A stretch of 64,000 bases of DNA from the NCBI RefSeq assembly GCF_009914755.1, contig NC_060941.1; one strand, given 5' to 3'. The position numbers and the translations under genes were made by a program. The notes below the pieces were generated by a model, which worked only from the letters and a program-made list of their open reading frames with translations, searched no databases and was not told where the DNA came from. Below are positions 29,153 through 43,704 of the stretch, piece by piece; position 1 is the stretch's first letter; every line of letters starts with the position of its first letter. This DNA is from the human T2T-CHM13v2.0 reference genome, Homo sapiens.

Positions 29153-32100
29153 GTTTTTTAATTTAGGGAAAAAAAGCAAGAAATGTGACATATGTACTAC
29201 TCAAGCGTGGCAGTTGAAATGTACGCCTTTACCATATCCTGTTGGAACAGTGTCAATAGGAACAGAGAATGCCAGGTCTACAATTTTCTACCCATTTTAC
29301 AGACAAAGGAACTGGAAACTTGCACCAGGAAAGTTAAGTGATTGATAAGGTGAAGGATCCAGAGGAAAACCCCTTGATTTATTTCAAGGATACTCCTACT
29401 CTCCTGGAGTGAATGAATTCCTCTTTGTGCATTTAGGCAGCGTGATGTAAGCTGGTACAACATAACTTTTCTAGTCATTTTGCCACTTAGAAGACATTCC
29501 CCAAGCCAATGACATCCTTCCTTCCTTTGAATTCATATGTCACTTCCAACCTCCTTTTCTGTGGCACTCAAAATTTTCCATTAAAGTTATTTATGTATGA
29601 TATGATGTGGCAAGTATGGAGACACCCAGGTGACCTATCCAGCTTCAGCAGCTAGGGATACTGACAGGGACCACATTTTGAGATCCAAAAATCGGACACA
29701 AAGTATTTTTAATTGATATGAAAGGCCTTACAGAGACATGAACATTAAATGGCATTTGATTACACACTGAAAGAAGGGTCTTGATTAAAGAGAGAATATT
29801 ATATGGAATCATCATGGTCTTGGACCATTCATGCTCTCTACAGCCCCCAGCCTGAGGTCGGCCTGAGCTTGCCTGCTGTGCCAGCCTGAGGTATGCCTGA
29901 GCTTACCTGCTGTTCTCCAGAACTGAGAGCTGTAGTCCAAGCCCAGGAGTGTCCATTTTGCTTCTAGACTGGTCTGAGATGGCTTTTGCCTTGGGAAGAA
30001 GCTGCACCTTCAATGTCCCTTCTTCTCCGTGCCTGGGATCTGGGAAGGCTCTCAAGGGGGTTGTTTCTCCAAGTGGAGTTCTCTGCATCATCGTGCCCTG
30101 TGATTATCAAGTTAGCTCAGGCAGAAGCATCCTGCCTACCTGGCAAATCCTGAGAAGAAGGCTGGGAGAGTAGCAGCTTCCCCTGGTGAGCCATCTCAAG
30201 CTTGTTTCCTCTCCATTATCAGGAGCAGCTCTGCGGGAGCCTTGTTAAGAAGTGGGACATGCTCTCTCTTTCCTGCTCCTACAATGCCAAGGGAAGACTT
30301 TGAGGGCCCTGCTGCTGGCAGAGCTGCCCTGCAGAGCTGGGGTGCCCAGACCACAGGGCCTTGGTATGGCAAGGGTCTGTGAGGCTGAACTGTCCAAAAT
30401 GTCTGTCCTGGGGAAGGCACAAGGAGAAGGGCACTCAGAGCCAGAGATATCAGCAGCTTCCTGTTCCAAAAAGAGGATGGCTGAAGGGAGAAGTGAATGA
30501 CGCCCAGTGTATCCCACAAGGCTGCAGTAATAGGTGGCTGAAAACACAAAAAAGGTCATTGGTCACCGTTTCCCTTTTTGTAATAAAGGGAAGGGTCCGA
30601 GCACCTGAAGGCACTCCTGTTTGACCCCAGAAGCCCACAGCTGTTCCCTGGCCCTGTGTGCTGGGAGGCCCTGCAGTGCCTACCGCTGCACTGACAGGGA
30701 AGTAGGCTTGCTCCTGCACTCACTTGCTGTGAGGCTGACTTCCCTGGGCCTGACATCTCACCTGCAGAACGTGAGGACAGGGCCACCACAAATTAAGGTG
30801 GAATACATCACAGACTCCTGCAAATACTGCACTCTATAGATGACCCCGGGAGGTCAAATTAGACAGCTACTCCTGGGGTTTGGGCATCTGTTCCCCTCTC
30901 ACTTCAGACCAGAGCTCCCTCCCTCCTGCCCTGCCCTCTCTACCATTCCTTCCTTCCCTTCCCTCCCTTCTCCCTCTTTTCCTCTCCCTCTTATTCTCTT
31001 TCTCTTACATTCATTTCAAGGGAAAAAGACACTCTTCCATGGCAGGCTCAGAGTATTCTTAAGCTACATAAGACAATCTCAGTGCCAGTGTGGTGAGATC
31101 ACAAATCTCTTTATATTACATCTCAGGCTCTGCCGAGCAAATGTATTGTCTTTGCTGTCTAGAATGACTCTGTCCGCCCTCCTGAGCTACCTTAAGGGTT
31201 GCTAAGGAAGCGCCAGAATTATATCTTCATCCAAGAAAATTTAAAATGTAGTCCACCCCATTCATGGTTTCTTTAGATTTTGAGCAGACTCTTAGAGATC
31301 ACTGCTTGGTCTTTTAAATGCTCCCCTTGTTCCCTTGTCCCTTGTCCCTCTCCAAAGGTGTCCTGGAAAATGGAGGCTTACAAGACCTTCTAGGGTGAGG
31401 ATGTGGGGCTTCAATCTCAAGCTACCTCTCCAGTGTGCATGAGGGACACTGCAGCTTAGTAGGGATGGCCCTGTCACTGGTTGGTTGATGCTGATGCCTG
31501 TGGCTGAAACTCTGTGGTCTCTGCTTTTGTGGCTGGGCAAGGGTCTATCACCGCTTGGCCTCCTCTTCCCTCTTGCTGGTGCCATGCTTCCCACTGTGTC
31601 TTGTCTACATCCTCCATCTGCCCCCTGGCCCAGGCTGTTCACCTCTCAACCTCTACTGTGTGTTCAACTCATCCTCCTCTCAGTGGGTCTTGAGGCACTT
31701 GCATGGTGTCCATGCAATGCAGGATGCGAAGGCCGCTCAGGGGGGTGAGCTACACACTGCCCAACCAAAGACCTCTCCCTCCTAACTCTGCAGGGATGCC
31801 TCATGTTGCACGTTGGTATGTTATAATTACACACGTACATATTGTATGTGTGCAGATGGATAGATATTAACATGTTAGAAAGGGAAATAGGGCTGCAGGT
31901 CTAATGGTCTCTAGTCTCTCTCCCCATCTTCTGTTTCCACTTTCCTCTCTGCCATCAACCACACCACAATAACTGAGGTCAGAAAGACCTCCTAATGTCG
32001 TTCCTGTCTACTCAGTCCTTCTTTACTTAAAGCTCCTTGAGCTTGCCGGCTGGCCTTACCTTGGCTGTGTTAAGCGGGAGCCAAACAATGTAAAACATCA

Positions 32101-32563
32101 CTCCTTTCCGGACAAGGCCTGGCTCTCCACCCTGTTGTTTACTTTACACCACACACGATTTTGAGGTCAGAAGCATTCTCTTTGCTCCCCTTCCAAACAG
32201 TCCTTTTGCATTCCTGCCTTATCAAACCAGTCCCCTCTGTTCCCCAGCTATATTAATGCCTTGAGTCTATTAGGGAGAAGGTCATGTACACAGAAGGACA
32301 AAAGAAAAAAGCACATCAATGTTTTTTTAAAATATTGTCCCTATTCCCTGGAAAAGCAGAGCTTCCTCCTGCCAACACACACACAAACACACCCCTTCTC
32401 CATCCTGCTGGGCCCTTTGGGGCTCTTCCAGACCAGGACAGAAAGCCTTGAGGAGAACCACATTGCCAAGGAGAACTACACATGTTTTAGGGACACAAGG
32501 AGGGGGTTTCTGTTCTGCTGGCAATGTGCATTTTTGACCTGGGTACTGTTAATGAAAAGTGCA

Positions 32564-32845
32564 ACCCAGTGCAGTGGCTTGTGCCTGTAATCCCAGCACT
32601 TTGGGAGACTGAGGCTAGAGGACCGCTGGAGGCCAGTCTGGGAAACATAGCAAGAACCCATCTGTACAAAAAATAAAAAAAATAGCTGGGCATGGTGGCA
32701 CGCCACTGCAGTCCTGCTACTCGGGAGGCTGAGATGGGAGGATCAGGGTCTTAAGCCCAGGAGGTCGAGGCTGCAGCGAGCTGATTGTACCACTGCACTC
32801 CAGCCTGGGTGACAGAGCAAGAACTTGTCTCAAAGAAAGAAAAAA
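32564..32845 (+). mobile_element. Alu (AluJ-type)
   Basis: gggaggatc, ggtcgaggctgcag. TSD aaaagtgcaa. Confidence 0.9.
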
Positions 32846-33378
32846 AAAAGTGCAAAAGCACATCCAAGGCAGGAAGTCCTGGTCAAAGCACACGGCCCCT
32901 TTGGGCAAAATGCCATCTTTTGCCTATGACCATGGTCTGCTCAATTCTGGCTTTCCCTATTTGGCCCTGTTTTTCTGGTCTTATGTGGGCCTGAGAACCA
33001 CCATCCTCCTTGTCCACGTCTCCACCCCAGCTTGGCTTCCTTTCTTCAATTCTGCACTCTTCTCCCTTATGGCTTTGCCTGGTAATTTTTGCTTCCCTGC
33101 TCATTTTCCTGGGCAGGCCCCCTTGACCTGGTCTAGCCTGGTTTAATTAAAGAGGGCATCTGCATGCCTCCCCCAGTCCAAGCCTCTCTCCCCAGCTCTG
33201 ATTATTCAGTTCTGACAAGAACCCTGTTGGCTCATCCAGATTCCAAGCATTGAGTGGAATTTTATCACCAATGAGGGCTAAGTGACAGGGGAAAGAGAGT
33301 GGAAGGAGAGGGAAAAGACAAGGCAGTAATTGTTAGCCGTATTATTTTGAATTAGACAATCCTGAATTTGTGCATCTA

Positions 33379-33657
<279 letters not shown>

Positions 33658-34209
33658 TGCGCACCTGTTTTTTAATTTTTTTTTTTTTAATCTGGGAAGA
33701 AAGACAAAAAGCTCAAAGCAGTGCTTGCCTTAGTATTTGGGAAGGAGGAGCTATAGATGAGTTTGGGGTGGGTGGGGGAAGGATGTGACCATTCAAGAGA
33801 CCTTTGGCTTTATACCTAGTGTTTCAATTTTTTAAAAAAGAATGCCTTGAATTATTATCTGTAAGATCAAAAGAAAAAAAATAAGTATACTTGCCTAAAA
33901 ACAAAAGATAAATTTTTGCAAAATAAAAATGAATAAAAGCCAGAGTCTACATACATAAGATATCAACATTGTTCTGTATACTCCAATAATGCCTAGCCTG
34001 ATGTTGTCTCTGCACTGGACCCTGAGCCATATCTTGTCCCTCTTTGTATCTCTAGTGTCAACCGTGGACACTGGCAGGGATTTGGCTCTCTAGGACTGTT
34101 GTAAAGGAAACCATTTGACTGTTTAAGGGGTAGCAGAGAAAGTAAAAAAAATTCAAGAAGTGGGCGGTGAGGAAGGAACAAGTGAGCAGAAGTAAAAACA
34201 AAGGGAGTG

Positions 34210-34609
<400 letters not shown>

Positions 34610-35526
34610 TCAATATTATTACCCCAGTGCTTCCCTTAAGGTGCTCCTGTGGGCAACTGCAGGGAACTCATCAAGAAGAATCTTCTTCCATGGCTCTGAG
34701 CATGGCGGAAAGTAGGAATCTCTGCCAGCCATGGAGGAAAAATGTTCCTGTGGCAATCAGGTTCCAACTCATAGACTTGCCACACTCTGACGATCTGCAT
34801 GTGAAGTGTGAATTGCTCCAAAGTGCACCCAGATTGGGAGTGGGGAGCAGTCACCCCCTCCCTTTAAGCTACCTTTTCTCTCTATTTGCTGCTGCAGATG
34901 ACAACACAATTCTTGTTGCATTGATTTGGCTGGGAAAGTGAGAAAATGGCGGCAACATTAATTAAAAATAATACGCCACACAAGAGATAGCTTGAACTCA
35001 CTTCTTCTCTTAGTATCCTCTGTGTTCCCTTCTTTTCAACTTACTGTGGACACTATAGGAACAATGTGTCTTTCAGTAGACATATGAAAGAAAAGCGAGA
35101 GATATTAAAGAAAGGGCTCTAAATGTGATGAAGAGCTTCAATCTTAGCAGCAGACTTTTAAGACACTAAAAGGAATACTAGAGAATCAGAGTGAAATAAT
35201 TGGGTTCCTAAGGTTAGGGTGGCAATAGAGAGATTGGAGGGAAGTGGTATAAATGGAAAATTAAAAAAAAAGAGAAGTAATACTATTCTCCAATAAAAAG
35301 AACGTGGGGTCCTTGGAGAAATGGCTGAGTCCAGGGCTGGGGCAGGAAACATACAAGAAGAATCTAGAAGGTCTTATAGTGCTGAAAAGTAAGGAAGTGC
35401 TCAAAAATAAATCAAAACAACAAAAATTCCCAACTGGGAAATCAAATGGACACAAGGGACAACTAACAGAGCTCCCGATGGGCAAAGAGGGAACGATTTG
35501 AGCAAGACAATGAATAATGTGGCATT

Positions 35527-35825
35527 TTAGTTTTAGTTTTAGAGACAGAGTCTCACTCTGTTGCCCAGGCTGGAGTGCAGTGTCACGATCATAGCTGACT
35601 GTAATCTCATCTCCTGGTCTCAAGCCATCCTCCTGCCTCAGCCTCCTGAGTAGCTGGGACTACAGATGCATGCCACCACACCGGGCTAGTTTTTTAAATT
35701 TTTATGTAGAGATGGGGTCTCACTATGTTGTCTAGGCTGATCTTGAACTCCTGGGCTCAAGCAATCTTCCCGTCTCAGCCTCCTGAAGTGCTGGCATTAC
35801 AGATGTGAGCCACCATGCTTAGTCA
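35527..35825 (-). mobile_element. Alu (AluJ-type)
   Basis: gatcatagctgactg, ctcctgggctcaagc. Confidence 0.9.
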
Positions 35826-36428
35826 ATATAGTATTGAATTACACCTGAAGTATAAATACCCATAAGTCTATGCTGGTATAAATAAATGATTGAAGGTATA
35901 AATTAATAAGGAAGAAGAAACAAATATCCTATACAGAATTCTAAATACTTGATGTAGCTATACCCCCTTAAGGTGACTCCCTACAAAGAGGATGGCATGA
36001 AGACAGGAAGCAAAAGGAAACTTTGCAGTGGAGAAATCTGACAAACACGACCTCCCCAGGGTGATCCAGGCTAACAGTATTATGCATAAATCATGTTAAT
36101 AGCATGCATCCTTGATATGAGTGGCATTTCACCTCAGTGGTGGTTCCACCCCCAAACCCATAACTCCTGCCTAACCATGAGAAAAAAATCAAACAAACGC
36201 AAATGGAAGGGCATTCTATGAAATATCTGACGAGCACCCTTCAACAATGTCAAGGTCGTCAAAAACGAGAAAAGTCTGAAACTGTCACAGTCTGGAGATG
36301 CCTAAGGGGGGAAATGATGACGAAATGTAACGTGGGATCCTGGAGGGGGTCTTGGAACAGAAAAAGGACACTAGGCAAAACTAAGGACATCAGGCTGAAG
36401 TGTGGACTCTAGTTAATAACGGTGTATC

Positions 36429-36793
<365 letters not shown>

Positions 36794-38526
36794 CTACTAC
36801 ATGAAACTGGGTCCAGACAGAAAAGGAAACCCTTACAGTTGCCCTCACAGAGCCAAGAAACCACCTCGATCACCATGCTGACATTGTAAAAATGTATAAC
36901 GATCACAGCTGCACTTTTAAAATTTGATGCTGTTCTAAATGCCTATAATGCCGGGTAGTCTCTTTTAGAAGTGAAAGCAATAGTTTTGGCTATCCAATTT
37001 ATTTGTTCCAGCCTTGTTGACAGAGTGGGATGACTGAGCTGAAGAAGGAAAAAAGCCACTATGGGGGAAGGATCCGTGAAGTTGAGGGACATAGTATTTG
37101 AAATTAAATGATCCTCCGAAATCCACAACCCCCCGTGTGCATGCTACACAATGTGGCTTTTCTTTTCTTGACCTCCCATAAGACTGAAGTTTTCCTCTTA
37201 ATGTTGAATTCATAAAGTTATTTTCACTTAATTATATCTGCTTTTAAGGGGATTTTCTAAAACATTCAGTTCTGACCCACTTAGAAGTTCCCTTCTGTTT
37301 CCCGTTTTGTCTCTGACTTTTTCCTGTGTGCCCCTTTGTTTCCTAGTTAAAATCACAGCTTCTAAAGTAAGCAAGGAAAGGATTTTGTTTTCTTAAACCC
37401 ATTTAATGCGGGAGCAAATCAGAAGCCAGCTAGAAAGGCCACCACCTCTTTATTTGTGGTGTTAACCAATTAAAAGGTGTTACTCTCTTGGTAGTAAAGT
37501 GTAACCTTGCTCTTCTGGATTCTTTACTCCAGCCTCTTTTGATTTGTCTTGTTGTTTAATTTGCTAGCTTGAATCACACTGGACTTAGTTGCCAAAATCA
37601 TCCGGAGCTCCACTTAAGTCGAAGCCCTTCTCTGTTGGAGGAAAAATATTGAACCATTCCTTCCTTTACTTGGAGCTGGCTGTCGCTGGAGCTAGTAACA
37701 AAGTCAATGCCACAGAGAGCTAATTGCTGAAACCTCCTAGAACAGTTGTTCTCCACCAGAGAGCTGTTCATACGAGAGCTGTACCTTCCTTAACTTTTAT
37801 GCACCAAAAGGGAGAGTAATATCCAGACGGAAATGATAAAGCAAGAATTTATAACTGCATTTATCCAAATATCTAGATAATTGAGATAATAAATTGCATA
37901 ACTGCCACCATGCCCTTTATGCCCCTGTTCCCTTTGTATTTGCATGCAACGCTAATGAGATATTTGGTCATATTTTAATATTACAGAGGACATGCACTGT
38001 GCTCCTATAACAGCACATCCCTTGCTGCTAGAACGGGTTTGGTTTGACTTTTGATCCAGCCCTTCTGTTTTTATGTAAATGAGAGATTTGGCAAAATAAG
38101 AATGACAACACCTTTTATTAAACTTGTGGGTTTCCAAAATGCTTTCACATTCATGATGTCATCAGATCTTCACAACCTAGTGTTGTATGAAAGGCTAGTG
38201 TTACATTCCCTATTTTACAAGAAAGGAAACTGCAGTACAGAATATCATGGACTAATCCCTGAGCTGGTAAAAAAAGAAAAAAAGTAGCTTTAAGACTACT
38301 TTTTAAGCTTCAAGACTGAAATAAAGGTCTTCCAGATTTAATTCTTAAGGTTTTTGTCTGATATGAATGTTTACATATTTTCTTTTGGGATCTGAATTCA
38401 CTTGATTGTCTGATGAAATGTCTCCTGAAAATGGCAGGTACACCCGGAGAGACACACAATTTTGCTCATAATTTCAAGAGGTTTACCATCAGCCCCAGGC
38501 TAAGAACCACTGTTCTATGCTATTCA

Positions 38527-38856
<330 letters not shown>

Positions 38857-41800
38857 ATTCTAAGATGGAATATTAAGCACTGAGAAGATGAGAATTAAAA
38901 CCAAGTTCCTTTGGTTCTTTTCCAAATTTTCTTTCTTCTCCTGAAATATATGGTCTCTCAGAAGGGATGGCTTATCCCGAAATTAAATGTGTTAAAACAT
39001 GTCCTGGGGGGAAATATGAAAAAAAAATGGGAAAATGTAGATGAAAAAAAAAAACAACAATCTAAGAAGATATCAAACCAAAGTGATGGGAGGAAGTGTG
39101 TAGTGAAGGGAATATAAATAACGGTCAATGAGCCATCTGAATCATGGCACCTGTGCAGCCAACACGCTGTGCTGATTTAAGAAATCTGTTCAGGGGTGGG
39201 TAGGGGGCCTAACGAGGGGCTTGGGATAGAAGCAGAGGTGGAGGAATAGAGCGTGGCCTACCAAACAGGCAAACAGATGCCAAGTGGGCACAGACTCTTC
39301 TCACACTTGGCCTGGTGGGATGTGTCCCACACATTAGTGGCATCTGTAGCTATTTGTATCTGCAAGCCCTGGAGAACCCATGCTTTACAATAAAGACCAG
39401 CTCATGCCGAGAGCTTGTGAGCCATTTCTTGGCCAGGGTTCCTGTCACTGTGACTGGACCCAGAGATAATGCCTTGCCCTGCCTGTCAGTTCTCATGAGC
39501 ATCCTTATTCCCAACTGCTGGATGGACATTGAGGCATCACCTTTCCTGCCCTGAGGCTTCCAGTCTGCCGGGTTTAATTCAATGCCCTGTCTTGACCTCC
39601 TTCTCCTGTGTAACCTGTCTGGGCTGACTGCCTGGCTGCAAATGAGTTCTCTGCTTCATTCTCCACGTGTGAGCTTCACTGAGTTTGCGTCCATTCTAAA
39701 TGGCCTGAGTACAACTCTAATGTAAGCTCAGGATTATCCCAGTCCCAGTTTCTCTCTGCGACCTGTGACTGTCCACAACCCCATAGCTGCCTCCGCCACA
39801 CCAATGCCACCATGACCTTGCCCTTTAGCCCCTGGTGTGCACTTGCCAGTAGGGGATTCCTCCTGAATAGAGGGTTTGCAGGGAATTCCTTTTCTGTCCT
39901 TAAGACTGAACTTCTAGGAGGTGGACTTGGGTCAGGGGGCTGGGGTGTAATGGACAGCAGTGTGAAATGAGCAGGCACTATCAGATGCTGAGGCAGGATT
40001 TGCAAAATAAATTGGAAAACTAGAACTTCAAGCAAAGGTAAAAAAAAAGGTTCTCAAGTTCTCTAGAAATTCCATTTTCAAGCATCTTTGGGCCAATACT
40101 CCCTCCTTTAATTGGTACCTGTCTCTCACACGCCTCACCTCAGTACTGGCTGTGTCTGCCCATGTGGTTATGTAATGTCTTGATCAGGGTACAGGATATC
40201 AGGTTGGATGTCTGTCCACTGCAGTAATGCCAAGATCAAATTAGTAATTTTGAAATTTGATGGTGCTTAACAATAAGAAAATTGGCCTTTTTCAGCAGCG
40301 TTACCTTGGCTATTTTAATGATGACATTTTTCTGTTCCAGTGGTTGGCACTTAGCTTGGCACTCAACCAACAGGTGGTCCATCTAGATCGTGTCTACCTG
40401 ACACAGAATCAAGAATTTCTGTTCATGCATTTGTCTGTATTAATGACCAATTTGTGCCCAGTCAATTGGATTAGATAAGTGGGATAGATCTAATTAGTCA
40501 ACTCATTTTCTTTTTCCTTTAAAGGACAAAAAAAAAAAATTAAAAAAAATCATATACAACCTATTCTCCCAAAGATACTACTGTCTATGGTGGGCTTAAC
40601 TTCGTAAAAGTCAGAAAGAGCATTCAAGGTGATCTAAATGATACTAGACACAAGAGCCATCATCGAAAGGTAGGAAACAGAGGTATGAGAAACAGTTTAT
40701 ATTAACATAGAACACTAGTTAATATAAACTATAAGCCAAGAAAATGTCACATCTATGTGTAATGCACTCACAACAGGCCTCCTATTTTAATAGGGAAATG
40801 TATTTTTATAGGTTAATTCATGGTGGTTTTAAATAAAATTTCAATAAATTCCAACCAAAGAGAAAATGTATTGGTGATGTATATAATCTGCACGTGAATA
40901 TCTGGGAGTGGCTGCATGATTATCTTTGGCATTCATCTGCACACTCTTCATTAGTACCTTTCTCAGGAAAAGCTAACCCCAGTGTGCATTTATTCTAGTT
41001 GTAAAGAAGTGATGTCTTTCGGTAAAAAGCATGTAATAACCGGTGATATTCGTGCCCCTTGTAGTCTCACCTTCATTTCACAAATGTTTCAGTTTGGGGC
41101 AATAAACCTGCATAATTGGAACAGAATTCTAAAACCATGTCTACATAAAGTAATAGAACTATGCTTGAACTGTTCTGACTGTCACCTCTCACAGGGCTGT
41201 TAGGCAAATAGGATTTATTCCTTATGCTAATTTCAACCATAGTTAAGGCCTGCTGGTTATTTGGAGCTTTGGGTGTTGAGGGGCTTTCTGGGGCTCCGAC
41301 TGGTCTCAGTGGGAAAGGGTTCCACAATTGATTAGTGATGTCTGGCATGGGCACAGGAGGGGAGAGCTGTAGTATTTAACATTGTTCTAGTCACAAGGAA
41401 TGACTGCAATATTATGCAGAGAAATCACATTCTGTAGACCCAGCTAAATGTGTCAGTTGAAAGTGATTCAGTCCAAGCTTGTCCAGGAAACACACAACTA
41501 AAATTAGTTGTTTGTGACTCAACACATGTTTGGGGATGCAGAACTGCTTTATATATGTCAGGAAGGGAAAAGAAAACCCCACAAAACTTTCAATAATTTG
41601 ATGATGTAATACAATCTTACTCTTAAGATAGTCAGTTGATAACCAGATCAGTTCCAAGCAGTAGGATCATAAATTCTGAAGTTAAAAGTATAAAAGTGCA
41701 CAGATACTCAACAATCATTGCTATTAATGCTGCTGCATCAGATGTGAAGAAAACCACATTTGATAGTCCTATGTGACCACAATAGGAAAACAGCCCCTTT

Positions 41801-42675
41801 TAAGGAGTGATATTTTTCAACAAGTTGCTAAGACATTGAGTTAACACGTGGCCCACATACTAGAACCTTCAACTGAGTTTCCAGAATGTCTCCCGAAGTG
41901 GATTGAATCTGCAAACCTGTCCTCCTGGTAGTGTAGTTCATGACCTAATGGAAAGAATCCATATCCCAGGGAGCAGCTGGACATTCAGCAAGGAGGGAAA
42001 AAACATTTCTCTCTGAAGAGAGATGCTTTTTACTCCCAATCTCTGGGGTGTGGTAGAGGGAGACAGTTCCATGAGGCCCTAAATAGTATTCCATATTGCA
42101 AATCAGAAAGCATAATTTGTTTATGTTTGCATTTTAGCATCTACATAATGACTAGCACATAGTGGGGGCCTGAATAACTGATTGACAAAATAAATAAAAA
42201 GGAATGAATACATTGATGAAGAGATGAGTTAATTCTAGGCCAGGCTAGTTCTAGAGATAATTTGAGGTCATCCTTGCCTTCACGTGTATGGCTGACTAGT
42301 TACAGAAAAAGAGTCCAGAGGATGTGAATTTTTCTGCACCCATCCAATTCTGAAATGCCACAATTCCAGAGTTCTAATTATGCATGATGCAAACTTCCTG
42401 TAACTCCATCACTAGGTAGAGAATGCCAGGGAGAGACATTCCCTTTCCTAGGCTTCCTATTTGGAATCTCTCTCAGCTCACAAGAGCAAAGTGTGTTGAG
42501 CCTTGAAAAGGGCATGGAATAGAATGATCATCTCCGGGATAACCTAAGTTGGAATTCTCTAACTTCTTCTCAGTGAGAGACAGTGACAAATGTGACCCCT
42601 CCTCCTTTCTTCTTGATTGGCATGTAAGTTTGCATAATATTTTATAGAGATCACACAACCACTCCACTTAGCAGA

Positions 42676-43083
42676 CATTATGGGTTGAATTGTGTCCCTC
42701 TACAAAAAATTAATATGTTGAAGTCCTAACCCCTAGCACCCCAGAATGTGATTTTATTTAAAGATAGGGTATTCATCGAGGTAATCGAGGTAAAATGCAG
42801 CCATTAGGGTGGCCCTAATCCAATAAGACTATGTTCTTATAAAAAGAAGGGAATTTGGAGACAGACACACAGGGAGAATGCCATTTGGACATGAAGCCAG
42901 CCATCTAGAAGCCAAGAAGAGACGCCTGGAACAGATTCTCCCTCACAGCCTTCAGAAGGAACCAACTGTGCCAGCACCCTAATTTTGGACTACCAGTATC
43001 CAGAACTGTAAGACAATAAGTTCGGTTGTTTAAGGCTTTCAGTTTGTGGTACTTTGTTTGGATAATGCTATGAAGCTAATATA
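42676..43083 (+). mobile_element. MaLR solo LTR (MLT1B/C-like)
   Basis: tatgggttgaattgtgtccc...atatgttgaagtcctaacccc...ccagaactgtaagacaataa...ctaata. Confidence 0.85.
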
Positions 43084-43211
43084 GTTAACCAAAACTATAT
43101 TACAGTTCTTGGTTAATATAGTTAACCAAAAATAGCCTCAGACATCTTTGTGGTCAGAAGTTGCCATCAATACAATATGGTACATTTCTGTCTAGAGTCT
43201 ATGCTATGATA

Positions 43212-43704
43212 TGTGGTTTGTTTCAGCTATCTATTGTATTGTAACAAATCATTATAACACATTGATTGCTTAAAACATCTAAAATGACAATGATCTATTA
43301 CTTCTCATGATTCTGTGATTTGGCTGGGGCTTAGCTGAATGGTTCTTCTGCTCACACTGGCCTAAATCTCATGCTGCTTTTACTCAGGAGTTTGGTTGGG
43401 AACAAGATGCTCAAGATGATGTCTCCTTTTCCAAGATCTCTTCTCATGAGGCCTGCCAACCTTCGTCTTTCTAGGTAACCCAAGCTCCTTATAGGGTAGC
43501 TAGAACCCAGGAATGCAAAAGCAGAAGTCACCAGGCCTCTAGGGGCAGAGGCCCACTCCTAGAAGGGGTAGACCTGGATCTGGCACAGCATCACTTCTGC
43601 TACATTCTATTAGTCAAGCAAGTCACAAGGCCCAGCCTAGACTCAAAGAGAAGACAAACAGCCTTCACCTCTTGTTGGGAGGAGACCATGATTAATCCAC
43701 CACA
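43212..43704 (-). mobile_element. MaLR LTR (MLT1H-like)
   Basis: tcagctatctattg...tgtaacaaa, tctcatgattctgtg, ggcacagcatcacttctgctacattctatt, taatccaccaCA. Confidence 0.65.
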
